A stretch of 62,523 bases of DNA, filler included, from Neophaeotheca triangularis (GCA_054600435.1; 8 parts of 8 records of this genome joined end to end with filler, not necessarily neighbours in it); one strand, 5' to 3'; shown: positions 23,001 through 34,149, counted from the first letter of the whole stretch. A program made the numbers and translations. The notes: generated by a model from the sequence alone, not told the origin.

Positions 23001-24857
23001 TATAGGTATGACCTAGAATTCATAAAGTCTATAGCGCGTTCGAAAAGCTGTTTTCTACTCTTCCCCCCTTACTATTCTAACTAAATAGAATGTATCTTAG
23101 AGATCGATTTTAGTGAACTAGTGTGAACTAGTGAGTCGATCTCTTATCTTATTAATGTTAGGTAGTAGATAACGGTTTTTTGTGGTGATCGCATTAAGTC
23201 GTCTAAAATCGATAACTATTTATAGTTTTCCTCCTTTCTTTAGAACGAAAAACGGTAGTGAAGTAGCTAATAAAGTAGAGGGTCGAATCTATCCTTTCTT
23301 CATTTTTTCATCTAGCTATTATCATTACTCTTCGAGCTCTTTTTTAGATAGCGCGTAAAGTAGCCCCTATAGTATTTTTGTACTAGGCTAAATGTCGATT
23401 TAGTAGTCCTATAGTTAATATCTAGGTAGAGTAGCTATTCCTTCCTCTTCCTAGAAAAGGCGCTTCTATTTCCTAAATTCTCTAGGGATATCTAAAGGTA
23501 TATGACTTCCTTCCTTAACTCTTACCTATTAGTCCGTTTAGGCTAGTTCGGTACCTATAGAGTCTAATCCAATTCATATTGATATTATAGTCAATTAGCG
23601 ATATGTTTCGTTAATCTACCTTCTCTTATCTACTATCGATCGCTACTAGTATATAGGGTAGGTTGTAGTGACGTAACTATATCTGTCGAATATAAGTACT
23701 CATTTTCTCTAATCCACTATAGGATTATGTCGTTCTAACTAAGGAGTGCCTAGAACGATGTTATGTCTAGCTATAGGCATAACATCTAGGACAATTCGCT
23801 TGTAATACTTTTAGAAGACAAGTAGTAGTAGTACTATTTCGCTATCTATATTAGGTAGTAATGAGCTGTCTATAGCTATTAGTTCGTACCTACTATCTGT
23901 TTTCTTCTAGGTAGCTAGCCTATACTAATGTATAAATGTTTCCGAGATAAAGTTTCTACTAGCTCTAGAGTCTATTATAGTAAAGGTTTCATATCTATTG
24001 ATAGTATATGTTGTTTAGAAGACCGTTCCTAATACTATTTCATGTTAAGTATTTATGTTATTTAGTTCCTAACGCTCGCTCTTAGCGACAGGTCCTATTC
24101 GTTTTTTGAGAAGTAGGTAGATAAATCCGCTGTTTCGAGAGAGACTTCCTAGTAAAGGGGTCCGTCCTAAGGTCTAATTGTGACTTTTCCTTAGATTACA
24201 TGTGTAGTGATAGGTCCTTATGTAGTTGCTTTAATGTGTCCGAGAATCATCTTTTAGTTAACTAGTAGTAGAAATTTTTTACATAGTACTATTATCTATT
24301 AGTCTAAGGAATCCTATGCTTATTTCTTTATTTCTTAAAGCGTGATTTCTTCTTCTCTCTATTACTCCTATATAAGCTAGAATTCTCTATAATGATTCTT
24401 GACTATCTTGACTCGTTATCTTATTATGTATAGGATTCGTATCCTATCTAGTATAATATAGCCATTTTCTCTATAGAAAGTGCTTCCTATTAGTAGCCTA
24501 TCCTAGACAAAGGTAGTAGTGTTATACTCGACAGCGACCTTTTAGTAGTCCTAGAACATTACTTATAGTTATATAAGTATAGCTTCGAATTGATTAGGTT
24601 CTAAGTATCGTTTGCCTTAGATTACTAGGAACACTTCTTCATATAACTATATGATATGAATAACCATTTTCTTGATTAGACCTAGTCTATACATAATGAA
24701 CTCTACTACATCGTTGTCGTCTAGTTTGTTATCGTTAGTATAATCATATTCGGAGTTGTCTTTAGAATCTATTACTATCATGTCTTCTTATAATTCTAGA
24801 ATCTCTAGAGGTATCGATAGTCTTAAGGGGCTAATCTCTAGTGTTAGTATGATTGTA
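20040..24857 (-). mobile_element. RIP-inactivated chromodomain Ty3/Gypsy retrotransposon, copy B (inverted relative to A)
   Basis: 20720-24857 is the reverse complement of 13551-17690 with mainly transition differences; PPT AGAGGGATAG then TG at 20146 on the minus strand; LTR distal end uncertain. Confidence 0.92.
20237..20734 (+). pseudogene. RIP-damaged antisense Zn-cluster-like / coiled-coil ORF of Gypsy copy B
   Basis: MSRSKQNRLRLT*EI*HNSYLVPFPYDRCFSSSHDYIAIESFS*LKCLEYVR*GKVYVNL..; de-RIP gives C-x2-C..C..C-x2-C..C followed by a coiled coil. Confidence 0.65.
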
Positions 24858-24957
24858 NNNNNNNNNNNNNNNNNNNNNNNNNNNNNNNNNNNNNNNNNNN
24901 NTTAATTAATTAANNNNNNNNNNNNNNNNNNNNNNNNNNNNNNNNNNNNNNNNNNNN

Positions 24958-25074
24958 AACCCTAACCCTAACCCTAACCCTAACCCTAACCCTAACCCTA
25001 ACCCTAACCCTAACCCTAACCCTAACCCTAACCCTAACCCTAACCCTAACCCTAACCCTAACCCTAACCCTAAC
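24958..25074 (-). repeat. Telomeric repeat (CCCTAA)n, chromosome end of contig 3
   Basis: About 19 perfect units at the contig start. Confidence 0.97.
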
Positions 25075-25078
25075 TCCT

Positions 25079-25145
25079 GACAGATCATCTCACGCTCAAG
25101 ACAGATCACCTCACGCTTCAGACGGACAGATCACCTCACACTTCG
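25079..25145 (+). repeat. Three short direct repeats GACAGATCAYCTCACRCT between the telomere and the first ATG
   Basis: Copies start at 25079, 25100 and 25125. Confidence 0.85.
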
Positions 25146-25191
25146 AATACATACGAAAAGTCTACCTGACCCAGACCATCATTCGCCCATA

Positions 25192-26589
25192 ATGTCAGAC
25201 GAACCTTCCCGCAGGCTCTGGCAGGAGCTTTTCCAGAGCAAGAGAAGCCTCGAGGAACAAGTGAGAGACCTACAGGGTCAAGAGGAGATGCACCAGAGAG
25301 CCATGCAAGATCTTCGAGCCGAACTCAACAGCAAGGACGCCGAGCTCGACAGCAAGGACGCCGAGCTCGCGAGTAAGGACGCCGAGCTCGCGAGTAAGGA
25401 CGCCGAGCTCGCGAGTAAGGACGCCGAGCTCAAGAAGAATGACGCCGAGCTCAAGAAGAATGACACCGAGCTCAAGAAGAATGACACCGAGCTCGAGCAG
25501 ATGGACGCCGAGCTCAAGAGGAATGACAGCGAGCTCAAGCAGATGGACACCAAGTTCGAGAGGAAGGACACCGAACTCGCGAAGATGCGAGACGAACTCG
25601 AGGATATGCGAGACGAGCTCGAGCAGAAGGATACGCTTTTGCGAGGCACGCAAGGACGATATGAACGAAGCCAGCGAAAGTACAACGAAGTGTGGAACAA
25701 GTTGCACGGGCAGCAGAAACGACCGAGGCCTGAGGAAGAGGACGACGATGATCGCGGCCAGTCGGTTGACAAAGCCGCAAGAATCGCTAGCCACACTCCT
25801 GTGGGGAATCCCCCCCTTGAAGAGGCTCAAATATCCACCAGGGACCCTGCTCAGCAATCCCCAGCGCCAGCAACAGCGCCAATTCCGGCAGCAGCAGCAC
25901 CAGCACTAGCAGCAGCACCAGCAGCAGCAGTAGCACCAGCACCAGCACCAGCACCAGCACGAGCACCAGCAGCAGCACGAGCACCAGCAGCAGCAGCAGC
26001 AGCAGCAGTAGCATCAGCACCAGTACCAGCACGAGCACCAGCACCAGCAGCATCAGCAGCACCAACACCAGCAGCAGCGCCAACAGCAGCGCCAATTCCA
26101 GCAGCTCAAGGAGCACCAGGCACGAGGAGAGGCTATGGCGTCTATGTCCCCGATGGTGTCGGCCTCAGCGCCAAACCAATCGATGAAATCTGCCCTGGGA
26201 TGACCGCCAACATCGAGAAAGCTGTGAAGCAATACGACGCCTCCACAAAGAAAAGCTTTCCGAAGAAGAAGACGACAGTCTTCGAACTCCTACCGTACAA
26301 GTACTGCGCCAACGTCCGAGCCAAGAAGCTGACCGCCCAGCACGCCGTGGTCGAGGGCAAGCCTGTGGCATTCGCATGTAGCGAATGCATCCGGAGCGGC
26401 AGCCTTTGCTGCTACCAAATCGAAAAGGATGCGAGTGCCGCCAGCTTCCTCCTGGTGCTTGCACCACTTCCCCTGGAGTACCGCGTGGTTGGAGCTCAGC
26501 CGAGCGACGTAGGTTATTACGTCGCGGCCGAAGGGTCTGCTGTTCGGGAAGGTGGACAGGTCAAATACGAGAAGATGCCTTTCGAGTAG
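25192..26589 (+). CDS. Telomere-adjacent 465-aa protein: heptad coiled coil, Ala/Pro linker, C-terminal Cys cluster
   Basis: 21-bp tandem repeats encoding (KDAELAS/NDTELKK)n at ~25318-25630; AP-rich repeats 25860-26110; YCANVR..FACSECIRSGSLCC; intronless. Confidence 0.85.
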   Translation: MSDEPSRRLWQELFQSKRSLEEQVRDLQGQEEMHQRAMQDLRAELNSKDAELDSKDAELASKDAELASKDAELASKDAELKKNDAELKKNDTELKKNDTELEQMDAELKRNDSELKQMDTKFERKDTELAKMRDELEDMRDELEQKDTLLRGTQGRYERSQRKYNEVWNKLHGQQKRPRPEEEDDDDRGQSVDKAARIASHTPVGNPPLEEAQISTRDPAQQSPAPATAPIPAAAAPALAAAPAAAVAPAPAPAPARAPAAARAPAAAAAAAVASAPVPARAPAPAASAAPTPAAAPTAAPIPAAQGAPGTRRGYGVYVPDGVGLSAKPIDEICPGMTANIEKAVKQYDASTKKSFPKKKTTVFELLPYKYCANVRAKKLTAQHAVVEGKPVAFACSECIRSGSLCCYQIEKDASAASFLLVLAPLPLEYRVVGAQPSDVGYYVAAEGSAVREGGQVKYEKMPFE

Positions 26590-26888
26590 GGGTAGTTGTT
26601 CGGTCGAGTAGGGGTGGTTGTTTGGCGATAGATACGAGTGAGTAGCTACTTGAAGACTGCACCTTTGTGCCGATGCCTACGAGCATTTGCACTCACCCAC
26701 CGATTCATTCCACACCAAGAAAAAATCTTCTCCGTGACCCGGCTTCCACGACGCATTTCCCATCAAGTACATTCTTCCGTGTTTCAACTCTTTGCTCCAT
26801 GAACACTCCCCTACCCTACCAACCACTGTCCTATCTATTCATCTGCCGCTCCCGCTTCTTCCTGCTGACCCTTGGCCTCTGCATCACC

Positions 26889-29800
26889 CTATGCATCACT
26901 ACCATCCGTCACCGTCTCCTCCGTCGTCGTGTCCCACAACTCTATAGCCTCCATCACCGTCTCCTTCATCACCGTCTCCTTCATCACCGTCTCCTCCGTC
27001 ACCGTCAATGCTCTTACTCCCGCCTCGTCTCCCTCATTCAGAATTGCTTTCGTGTTTGCCTTGTCGCTCTTCGCATCATCCGCCTGCTTCTTCTTGTCCT
27101 TGTCCAACCTCGCATACCTGTAGCGCTTACGAACTTGACCAAATGCCATTTGCGCAAGCTCAGCGCCCGAGACAGCATCATCGCTCTTCTCAATTTCGTC
27201 GACCGTCGCCTGCGTGACTTGTAGGTAGGGGCTGACCTTCATGGCCATTCTCCACTCCTGCATCTCGTTGTAGGTGTTCTCCGTGAACAAGCGAATGACT
27301 TCCACGGGCTCGGTCTGTCCAATGCGATACACGCGATGGCTTGCCTGCACCTCCGAGGCCTCGTTGAACGCAGGCTCCAAAATCACCACCGTGCAGCACT
27401 TGTGGTGCAGATCGTGGCCGGCAATGTTGAGATTGTACGTGGTGATCATAATCATCGGCTCGTCATCCTTGTTGAATTGGTTGATGATTGGGTCGCGGTC
27501 TTTTGGGATGATCAGGACGTCAAGGATGATAGAGGTGATGCCCAGCCAACCAATGAGGGTGTGGACGAACTCAGCGGAGCGAGAGGAGGAGCACATGATG
27601 AGGATCTTCTGTTTGCCCGCAGGTTTTTTGTCGGCAGAGAACTGAACCTTCCAAATCACCAAGCAAAGGTACGCGAGCTTTGGTGCACCCCAAAGGAAAG
27701 CGCGAAGGTATTGGGCGGGTGTCTCGAGCGGGTCCGTGTCGGATGGGTCAAGCGCATTCTTCTTGCGCATCTCATCGACCAACTGGTCAAGAAGCATGTC
27801 CCTGATCTTCCTGAACCACGTAGTGTTCCGGGTGTAGTACGCGGCAAGACCGAGATGCGTGGGCAGGACCGAGAGCTGCGGGAAACGACGTGAGACGGCC
27901 GCCTGAGCGGCACTGGCAAGACGCTTCTTTGGCTTGTCTGACCGGGCCGCCATTGTCACGTCGGATTGCAGCAGCTCTTCGGCGTCCAGCTCCGTCTTGA
28001 GCGTTGCCAAGAGCTTCTTCCACTCGACCACCTTGGCGATCTTGCCCTCGCGGAGATCGTATGCATCTTGCTCCTGTTTGGTGTAGACAAGATCCTGCGT
28101 GCGGATGTGGAAAGTGGGCATGTCGCCTCCGCAAGTGACAAAGCTGCCGTCTTCATCCTCAACCAACGTCCCGTGGCTCCTGCTTAACATCAAGGTCTGG
28201 AAGATCATCTTGACACGCTGCGCGGCTTTTTCCGTGTCTCCATGATGATCATCGTTGTCGGCGTTGAACGCAATGTGCGGCGAGATCCAGTAGTTGAAGG
28301 CGGCTCTGGTCAGACATTTGACCTGGTCCTTGGACAGCGCGTTGTACAAGTTGTAGGGGTTGGCCTTGAAGGGAGGCGAGGTGGCTCCGTCGGCCTTTTT
28401 CTCCTCATCGGTGTAGTTTCTGAATCGCCGCATGTTGGTGTCGAAGCGCTCTTCGTGTGCCATGGAGGGTCGTCGTTTGAGATTTCTCCTTTTGCAAGAC
28501 GGAAAATGCTGGCAAAGCAGACGGACCTCTTCCTCGACGTCGTCGCCGGCGTCGTCGGCGTCGCAGGTGCATTCCCTGTAATGGCGCGGCACCCTATCCT
28601 TGAGATGCGGGCCGACGAGGTTGATGAAACGCGTAAAGACCTCGTCGTCGTCGGGATTGGCGAAGACTTCTTGGAGGGCGCGCTTTTCGTCTTGGGTCAC
28701 GGCGTAGACCTTCAGCACGTCGTCCGGCAACTTGCCGTACACAGTAGCCCGGTAAAGCTCGTTACCTTGACTAGTAGCTTGCTCCAAGTCAAGATCCTGA
28801 GTATCGAGCCACTCGGGCCTTTCGAAGAAGGCTAGATGCCCACGCACATCCTGCAGCGAGTTGTAGCAAGGTGTGGCTGTCATGCACCACCTAAAGCGTG
28901 CTTGAAACTTGGACAAGTAGGTGCCACGCGCTGTCTTCTCGTAGTTCCTAAGCGACTGGCTTTCGTCGACCACGATGCGCTCAAAGAGCCCGGCAACGTC
29001 GCTGTGCTCTTCGATCTGACTAATCTTGAGGATTTGGAGCTCGTTGATCGTCATGATGATGACGTTGTATGCACTGCGAAAAGCCTGTACATGTGAGTCC
29101 AGTTTCGTGAAGCGGACAGAGCCATCCTCCGGTCCGTTGTCATGCGCAACTTGGCCGTGTTTCCCGTCGCTTCCATGGCGCCAAACTCTCCACCTCGCGG
29201 GCAGAGCCTCTCGCGCCATCCTCTGCCACTTCTGCTCAAGGCCACTTGGCACGACAATCAACGTCGGTCGGGACGGCGTCAGAGCCTCCTCTGTCCTGCC
29301 TTGAAGCATCCAGAACAAAGTGGCCAGGTTGATGAATGCGAGAATCTGGTACGTCTTGCCGAGGCCACAGTCATCGCCACACCACCCGCCGCCATAATGG
29401 CGCTCCATCTGCACCGCCCAATAGTTGAAGATCTTCTGATGCGGCTTCAGTGCCTTGCCAGGAATTCCAGGGCCTTTGGGGTGGTTCTTGTCCGGGCGGA
29501 GGGCGAGGCAATGGACAGGCGAGGTTTGATCGGCTGGGTCCAGCCCAAGGTACTCTGACAGCCACTCCACAGATTGTTTGGCGTTCTGGGGTCCAATGTT
29601 CACATTAGACAGCATGTTCTGAACATCGCGTAGCATCAAGTCGCGGGGATCAACGTCTCCGGCTTCGCCAGCGTCGAAAAGCCGCTGTCTTCCGTCGGCG
29701 GCGTTTGCAAGCTTGTGGAAGTCTTCGCGAATCTCTGCGGCACCCTCCGAGTCCCGGGCATTGTCCTCGCTTACTAGGGACATGGCTGTCTGCAAAAGAT

Positions 29801-31091
29801 GGAGCGTCTCGGCAGAAGACCTGTTGACAAAAGGAAGCGCACGTCCGGATGCTTTCAAGCTGGGATCCTCGCGCTCATCATCGGCGTCCGGGATGTTGCG
29901 CAACTCGGGAAAGTAGCTGTCGTGCAAGAGCAGTACGTGCAACCGTCGCTCCTCCGTGTACCAGTTCTGGCTAAAGTCCTTCCACAAGGGATCGGTAGGA
30001 GGGTTGATGTTCTCGGGGCCCTCAAAGCCAAACTGGACCAGCGCGTAGTCTTGTGGCATAATCACTGCACTGCCATAGACCTCGCGCAGCCAGAGCGTCA
30101 CATCAGTCAGTGATGGGAGCTGAGCCAGAGGTCTCTCGTACTCTTGCACGTTTGCGACGGCCGCGGGCCCCTCCGCAGCCACGTTGTCTTCATCTGCCCT
30201 TTGCCTCCTCACCACAACGACAATCGGAGCCAGTTCGTCCTCATCTTCAGTCTGCAGGCGCTCCTTGTCTCCTCCTTTTGCTGCCAATCCCGATGCCTTG
30301 TCCTGCCCTTTGTCTCCTCCTTTGGCTGTCAGTCCCAATGCCTTGTCCTGCTCTTGCTGATTATGCTCTTCATCGCTGCCAGCCCCGGGATCCTTGCTAG
30401 CAGCATCCCCGCGGCCTTTCTTTTGCTTCTTGCGCTGTTTCTTACCCTTGCGCGAGACGTTGAACGAGGGATATGCAGCTCGGAATTCCTCGGTCCTGGC
30501 ATCGATCTCAGGGCGCGGAGACTGCTTGTTCTTCCCGCCCGTGAAGTATCTACCACTGCTGCGCTCTGACTGCAGTAGTCTGATGAGGGCATAGGCGTAG
30601 CGCAGCTTCTTCTCATCTGAGTCAATCGCTTTGGACGCCGACGTTGCTGCTGGGGTCGATCTGCCCTGCCAGGTAGGAAAGGTAACCTGCTTGCTCTTTT
30701 CGATGGCGCGGACGATTCTGTACACCGCGAAGCCCCAGAGCTCAGCCCAGGTCATGTTGGCCATGTGCCCACGGGCAAAGAGGGTAGCGTCGTCTTGGGC
30801 GTAGTGCTGGCGACGGCTTTGGACTTCCTGCACAGTCTGCTCGGGGTTTGGAGGAGCCGCTATTGGTGTGGAATTGGCTGAAATTTGATCGCGGCCTTCG
30901 AAGAAGAGTATCAGGTCGTTCATGAAGATGTCTGCAAAGAACTTCTGCATCGCTTGCTTGTCGGAAGCGCTCAACGACACGACCAAGCCGTCCCACGTTC
31001 GTGTTGGTATCCAGACTGCTGCTGCGCCGGATGAACCCTGAACATTGTATATGCCATGTTTCTGGCTCCAACCGGCCTTGTCGCCTGCCAT
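26889..31091 (-). CDS. SNF2-family (SF2) DNA-dependent ATPase, ~1400 aa, intronless
   Basis: Q motif LKPHQ, Walker A GDDCGLGKT, Ia PTLIVVP, Walker B IVVDESQ, III CMTATP, IV KILIMCS, V IAGHDLH, VI EVQASHRVYRIGQ; likely start is ATG 31091 (MAGDKAG). Confidence 0.93.
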   Translation of the reverse strand: MAGDKAGWSQKHGIYNVQGSSGAAAVWIPTRTWDGLVVSLSASDKQAMQKFFADIFMNDLILFFEGRDQISANSTPIAAPPNPEQTVQEVQSRRQHYAQDDATLFARGHMANMTWAELWGFAVYRIVRAIEKSKQVTFPTWQGRSTPAATSASKAIDSDEKKLRYAYALIRLLQSERSSGRYFTGGKNKQSPRPEIDARTEEFRAAYPSFNVSRKGKKQRKKQKKGRGDAASKDPGAGSDEEHNQQEQDKALGLTAKGGDKGQDKASGLAAKGGDKERLQTEDEDELAPIVVVVRRQRADEDNVAAEGPAAVANVQEYERPLAQLPSLTDVTLWLREVYGSAVIMPQDYALVQFGFEGPENINPPTDPLWKDFSQNWYTEERRLHVLLLHDSYFPELRNIPDADDEREDPSLKASGRALPFVNRSSAETLHLLQTAMSLVSEDNARDSEGAAEIREDFHKLANAADGRQRLFDAGEAGDVDPRDLMLRDVQNMLSNVNIGPQNAKQSVEWLSEYLGLDPADQTSPVHCLALRPDKNHPKGPGIPGKALKPHQKIFNYWAVQMERHYGGGWCGDDCGLGKTYQILAFINLATLFWMLQGRTEEALTPSRPTLIVVPSGLEQKWQRMAREALPARWRVWRHGSDGKHGQVAHDNGPEDGSVRFTKLDSHVQAFRSAYNVIIMTINELQILKISQIEEHSDVAGLFERIVVDESQSLRNYEKTARGTYLSKFQARFRWCMTATPCYNSLQDVRGHLAFFERPEWLDTQDLDLEQATSQGNELYRATVYGKLPDDVLKVYAVTQDEKRALQEVFANPDDDEVFTRFINLVGPHLKDRVPRHYRECTCDADDAGDDVEEEVRLLCQHFPSCKRRNLKRRPSMAHEERFDTNMRRFRNYTDEEKKADGATSPPFKANPYNLYNALSKDQVKCLTRAAFNYWISPHIAFNADNDDHHGDTEKAAQRVKMIFQTLMLSRSHGTLVEDEDGSFVTCGGDMPTFHIRTQDLVYTKQEQDAYDLREGKIAKVVEWKKLLATLKTELDAEELLQSDVTMAARSDKPKKRLASAAQAAVSRRFPQLSVLPTHLGLAAYYTRNTTWFRKIRDMLLDQLVDEMRKKNALDPSDTDPLETPAQYLRAFLWGAPKLAYLCLVIWKVQFSADKKPAGKQKILIMCSSSRSAEFVHTLIGWLGITSIILDVLIIPKDRDPIINQFNKDDEPMIMITTYNLNIAGHDLHHKCCTVVILEPAFNEASEVQASHRVYRIGQTEPVEVIRLFTENTYNEMQEWRMAMKVSPYLQVTQATVDEIEKSDDAVSGAELAQMAFGQVRKRYRYARLDKDKKKQADDAKSDKANTKAILNEGDEAGVRALTVTEETVMKETVMKETVMEAIELWDTTTEETVTDGSDA

Positions 31092-31523
31092 GCTGGCGGC
31101 TACGGCGAGAGAAGGAGAGGCGAGAGAGGGAGAGGCAAATCGGTCGGTCGGAGACGTTTGGGGTATGGAGTTTGTGGTAGTAAGTAGTGGTGGCTGATGT
31201 AGACGAGATATGAAGAGAGAGAGAGGTGTTAGTGAAGGGGATGGAGTTTCGAAAGTGAAAAGGTGTTGTGGGAGGGGAGAAAACAAACACAAGGCGGGGG
31301 TGAATAGCCTAAATATCCGCGAGCTTTCAAGGCCTGAGGCCACCAAGCTTGGACCTCCCAACGCATAGGCAGACAGCAGACATGCATGCGTTGCAGCGCT
31401 ACCTACCTGAACAAACCTCATCTCCATAGACACCACAACAGCCTACACCAGCGTGAGTGTCGTGCACAACTCCTTCGTCCCGAGACACCAGACTGACAAA
31501 CCCTCACAGCGCTACCAACGAGC

Positions 31524-32336
31524 ATGGACATCTCCCCGATAAGCAAGACATGGGAAACGGCTCTCAGGCGCCTTGCCGACGGGAGATACGACGAGGGCGC
31601 TTTTTCCCCAAGTGAGCGGCGGCCACAAACGATCCGGGACTACGACTGTGCTGGATTCATGGGTGGCAAGGGCAAGCCAGACCAAGAGACGGACTTGTGG
31701 ATGACGACAGACCTTGCGGATGAGTACATGCGAGTGCTGATGACAAGCCTCGTGGTCGACGTGGACGAGAAAGTCTGCGTCTATCCCACTTGTGTGCTAG
31801 ACAGCCTGCACCGGTTCAAGGGCCAAGAGCTTCTTCGCCAGATTGAAGAATTGATGTCCGTGGGCGACAAGCTTCCCCAGCCCGACAACCTCCACACGTT
31901 TGACCGTCTGGTCTTCCTTGTCTTCGACGAGCCTTCCCGCCACTACACCACGATGGTGGTATGGCCCAAGGAGGAGCGCGTCGTGCTGTACGACAGTTTT
32001 TACGGCAAACGCTCCGCAGGGGAAGCTGAAGGGCTGATCAAGGGCTGGCTAGAGGCCATGGGCAATCTGCGCGGCTCCGGCAAGGTGCCTCAGTGGAAGT
32101 ATTTTTCTGGCGACCAGGGCAGCTTTCAACAAACCAACTCGAACGACTGCGGCGCCGTCGCGGCCATGGCGGCGAGATGTGCTGTTATTGGGGAGGTTCT
32201 TCGTCCAGCATCGGGAACCGCGTTTGCAGTCACAAAGCTAGCCAGGGATTTTCGTTTTCGCATCGTCGCCGAGGTCCTCGCCAACAAGATCAACCCAGAG
32301 GACAGCGAGATTCCCGCTTGGTTGCAAGGCTCGTAG
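31524..32336 (+). CDS. Ulp1/SENP-like (peptidase C48) SUMO/Ubl-specific cysteine protease, 270 aa
   Basis: Catalytic order His (RHYTTMVV), Asp (LYDSF), oxyanion Gln and Cys (QQTNSNDCGA); WMTTDLADEYM matches the WLxDxxIxxY box. Confidence 0.88.
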   Translation: MDISPISKTWETALRRLADGRYDEGAFSPSERRPQTIRDYDCAGFMGGKGKPDQETDLWMTTDLADEYMRVLMTSLVVDVDEKVCVYPTCVLDSLHRFKGQELLRQIEELMSVGDKLPQPDNLHTFDRLVFLVFDEPSRHYTTMVVWPKEERVVLYDSFYGKRSAGEAEGLIKGWLEAMGNLRGSGKVPQWKYFSGDQGSFQQTNSNDCGAVAAMAARCAVIGEVLRPASGTAFAVTKLARDFRFRIVAEVLANKINPEDSEIPAWLQGS

Positions 32337-32742
32337 ATTCAGCGCAGCAGAGTCGGCGTACCAGCTCGCTTGAGGCCTCGCTTGGGGGTTTCATTGAGAC
32401 GGGATCGGGGTACGCGGAAGCAAGCGGAGGAGCATATGGCGGAGCACAAGACAGATGGACAGGTGGACGGATAGACAAGTAGACAGGTAGACTGGCAGTG
32501 GTATCAAATGGAAGCGTACAAATGCTCGCGGATATTCTTGTCTTTGTTATCTCGATAATGAGATGAGCTATGTACTTGAACGTAAGCAGGTGAGGTCGGA
32601 AGCATTGCGCAACCGCCGATCCGCCTTAGCTACTACCAACGCCCCACATCCAATCCAAATCCGGGCAATCTCCCGCTGCCTGCCCCCTGCCTGCCCTAAC
32701 CTGGCTCTGCTTTGCTTGTCGTGTACCTAGGGACCTCACCTC

Positions 32743-34129
32743 CTACAACAATGCAGCAATCGCGTCACGGCACGAACGCAGCTCGTTCATCGCCGTCGTC
32801 TTGCGCTCAAGGTAGGCCGTCTCCGCTTTGCGAAGACGGTTTCGAAGCTCTCTGATTTCGCTGCCCAGGTCTCCCATTGCCGAGGACATTGGCAGCACGG
32901 AAAAGCCAGCAACGGTCATCTGGCCCGCCTCCAGACCTAACAATGCTCCGTCGATGGCGCTCGTTGCCTGTCTGACGAGAGTATCCAGATTGACTGATCC
33001 TTGAGCGCGCTGACGAATCTGCTCTAGGCGAGAACGGGCATCAGTCGACGGGCCAGAGCCAACAGCGGGCATCAGATTCTTCGCTGTGGTGCACAACCGG
33101 GCCAACTGCGTACCCAACTCTCTCTTTATACCCGCGCCCTTTTTGCTGCCATCGAGGCTAAGGGAGCTGAGCTGCGCTGGTCGTGGTGTTTGCTGGGACG
33201 CCGGCTTGGAGGCTGTGGTATGTGTTAGCAAGATTCAGGTTTAGTTTGTGGCGCTTTGGACAAGGGAACGAACCTGGTGATGGTAAAACACCGAATCCGA
33301 ATCCTCTCTCTACACCGGGCATCACGCCCCTACGCTGCTCCAAATCCCAAAGGTCAAACGCCAACTTGCCGCCGCGCACACGGTACTTCAGCCAGTCTGA
33401 CCGCCTACTCGCAGGGGTGGTAGGAATCTTGCCCGCGGGCTTCCCGTCAACCTTCGTCCACGACATGGTGGCGGATCGCCGGCCCCATGCTGCCAAATCG
33501 TACTTCTGTCCTTTATCCGCATCTTCAGCTGCCGCTGCATCCGCTCCCTTGACCACCTTCGCCTTGACCACCTTCGCCTTAGCTGCCTCCATTTCCGCCG
33601 CATCCGTCTTCAGCTTTGGAGTTTGATCCGTCGCCGAATTGGACTTTTTCACCTTCTGCCTTTTGTCCTTTGCCTTTTGCTGGGCAGGGCTCTTCTTGCT
33701 CAAATCTCTCTGCTCAGGTAGGTCGTCTAGGGTGAGCTTGCTCTTCTTCTTCAGTGGTGTCTCCGCATGCGACTCGTTGATGCCGTGGAGCTTTCGTTTG
33801 CCGGAAGAGCTTCTCGTCGTGGGCTGCATGTCCGTGGGCTTGCTTTCCTCGTCTTCCTCGTCTTCCTCCTGCTTCTTCTTCGTCTTCTCTGCCACCTGCA
33901 TTGGCGTGGTGAAGGGCTCGGCATCATCCATGTCGACATCAGAGTCTAGGGCCTGCTGATTGAGCGCGTGTAGTTGTCCGGCAAATTCGGGGTCAACTAC
34001 TGGGTGCGGGTTCCCGTCTACAAATTTCCCTTTCGCATTGAAGGGAGGGTCGCTGTCTTCGAACTTTTTAATCATATCTGCCTTCAGGTGTAGTCGATGA
34101 GCGTCGCTGTCTCCGAAGTCTTGAGCCAT
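32743..34129 (-). CDS. Uncharacterised 441-aa charged/disordered protein with a C-terminal coiled coil, 2 exons
   Basis: Intron 33213-33273 (GTTCGT..GCTAAC..CAG) joins ORFs 33158..34129 and 32743..33231 in frame; KRK and KKK NLS-like clusters, acidic run. Confidence 0.75.
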
Positions 34130-34149
34130 ACTCGCGGTCAGGAGTAGTA

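Noticed and set aside
24906..25109. ORF with (LG)n repeat, and apparent interstitial telomeres at 24958 and 53894
   Set aside because: The ORF is a translation of the telomere tract; both tracts sit at contig ends, so they are true ends rather than internal sites
31092..31436. 115-aa N-terminal extension of the SNF2 ORF
   Set aside because: Non-ATG start and pyrimidine-rich promoter/UTR-like sequence on the coding strand; ATG 31091 is more plausible
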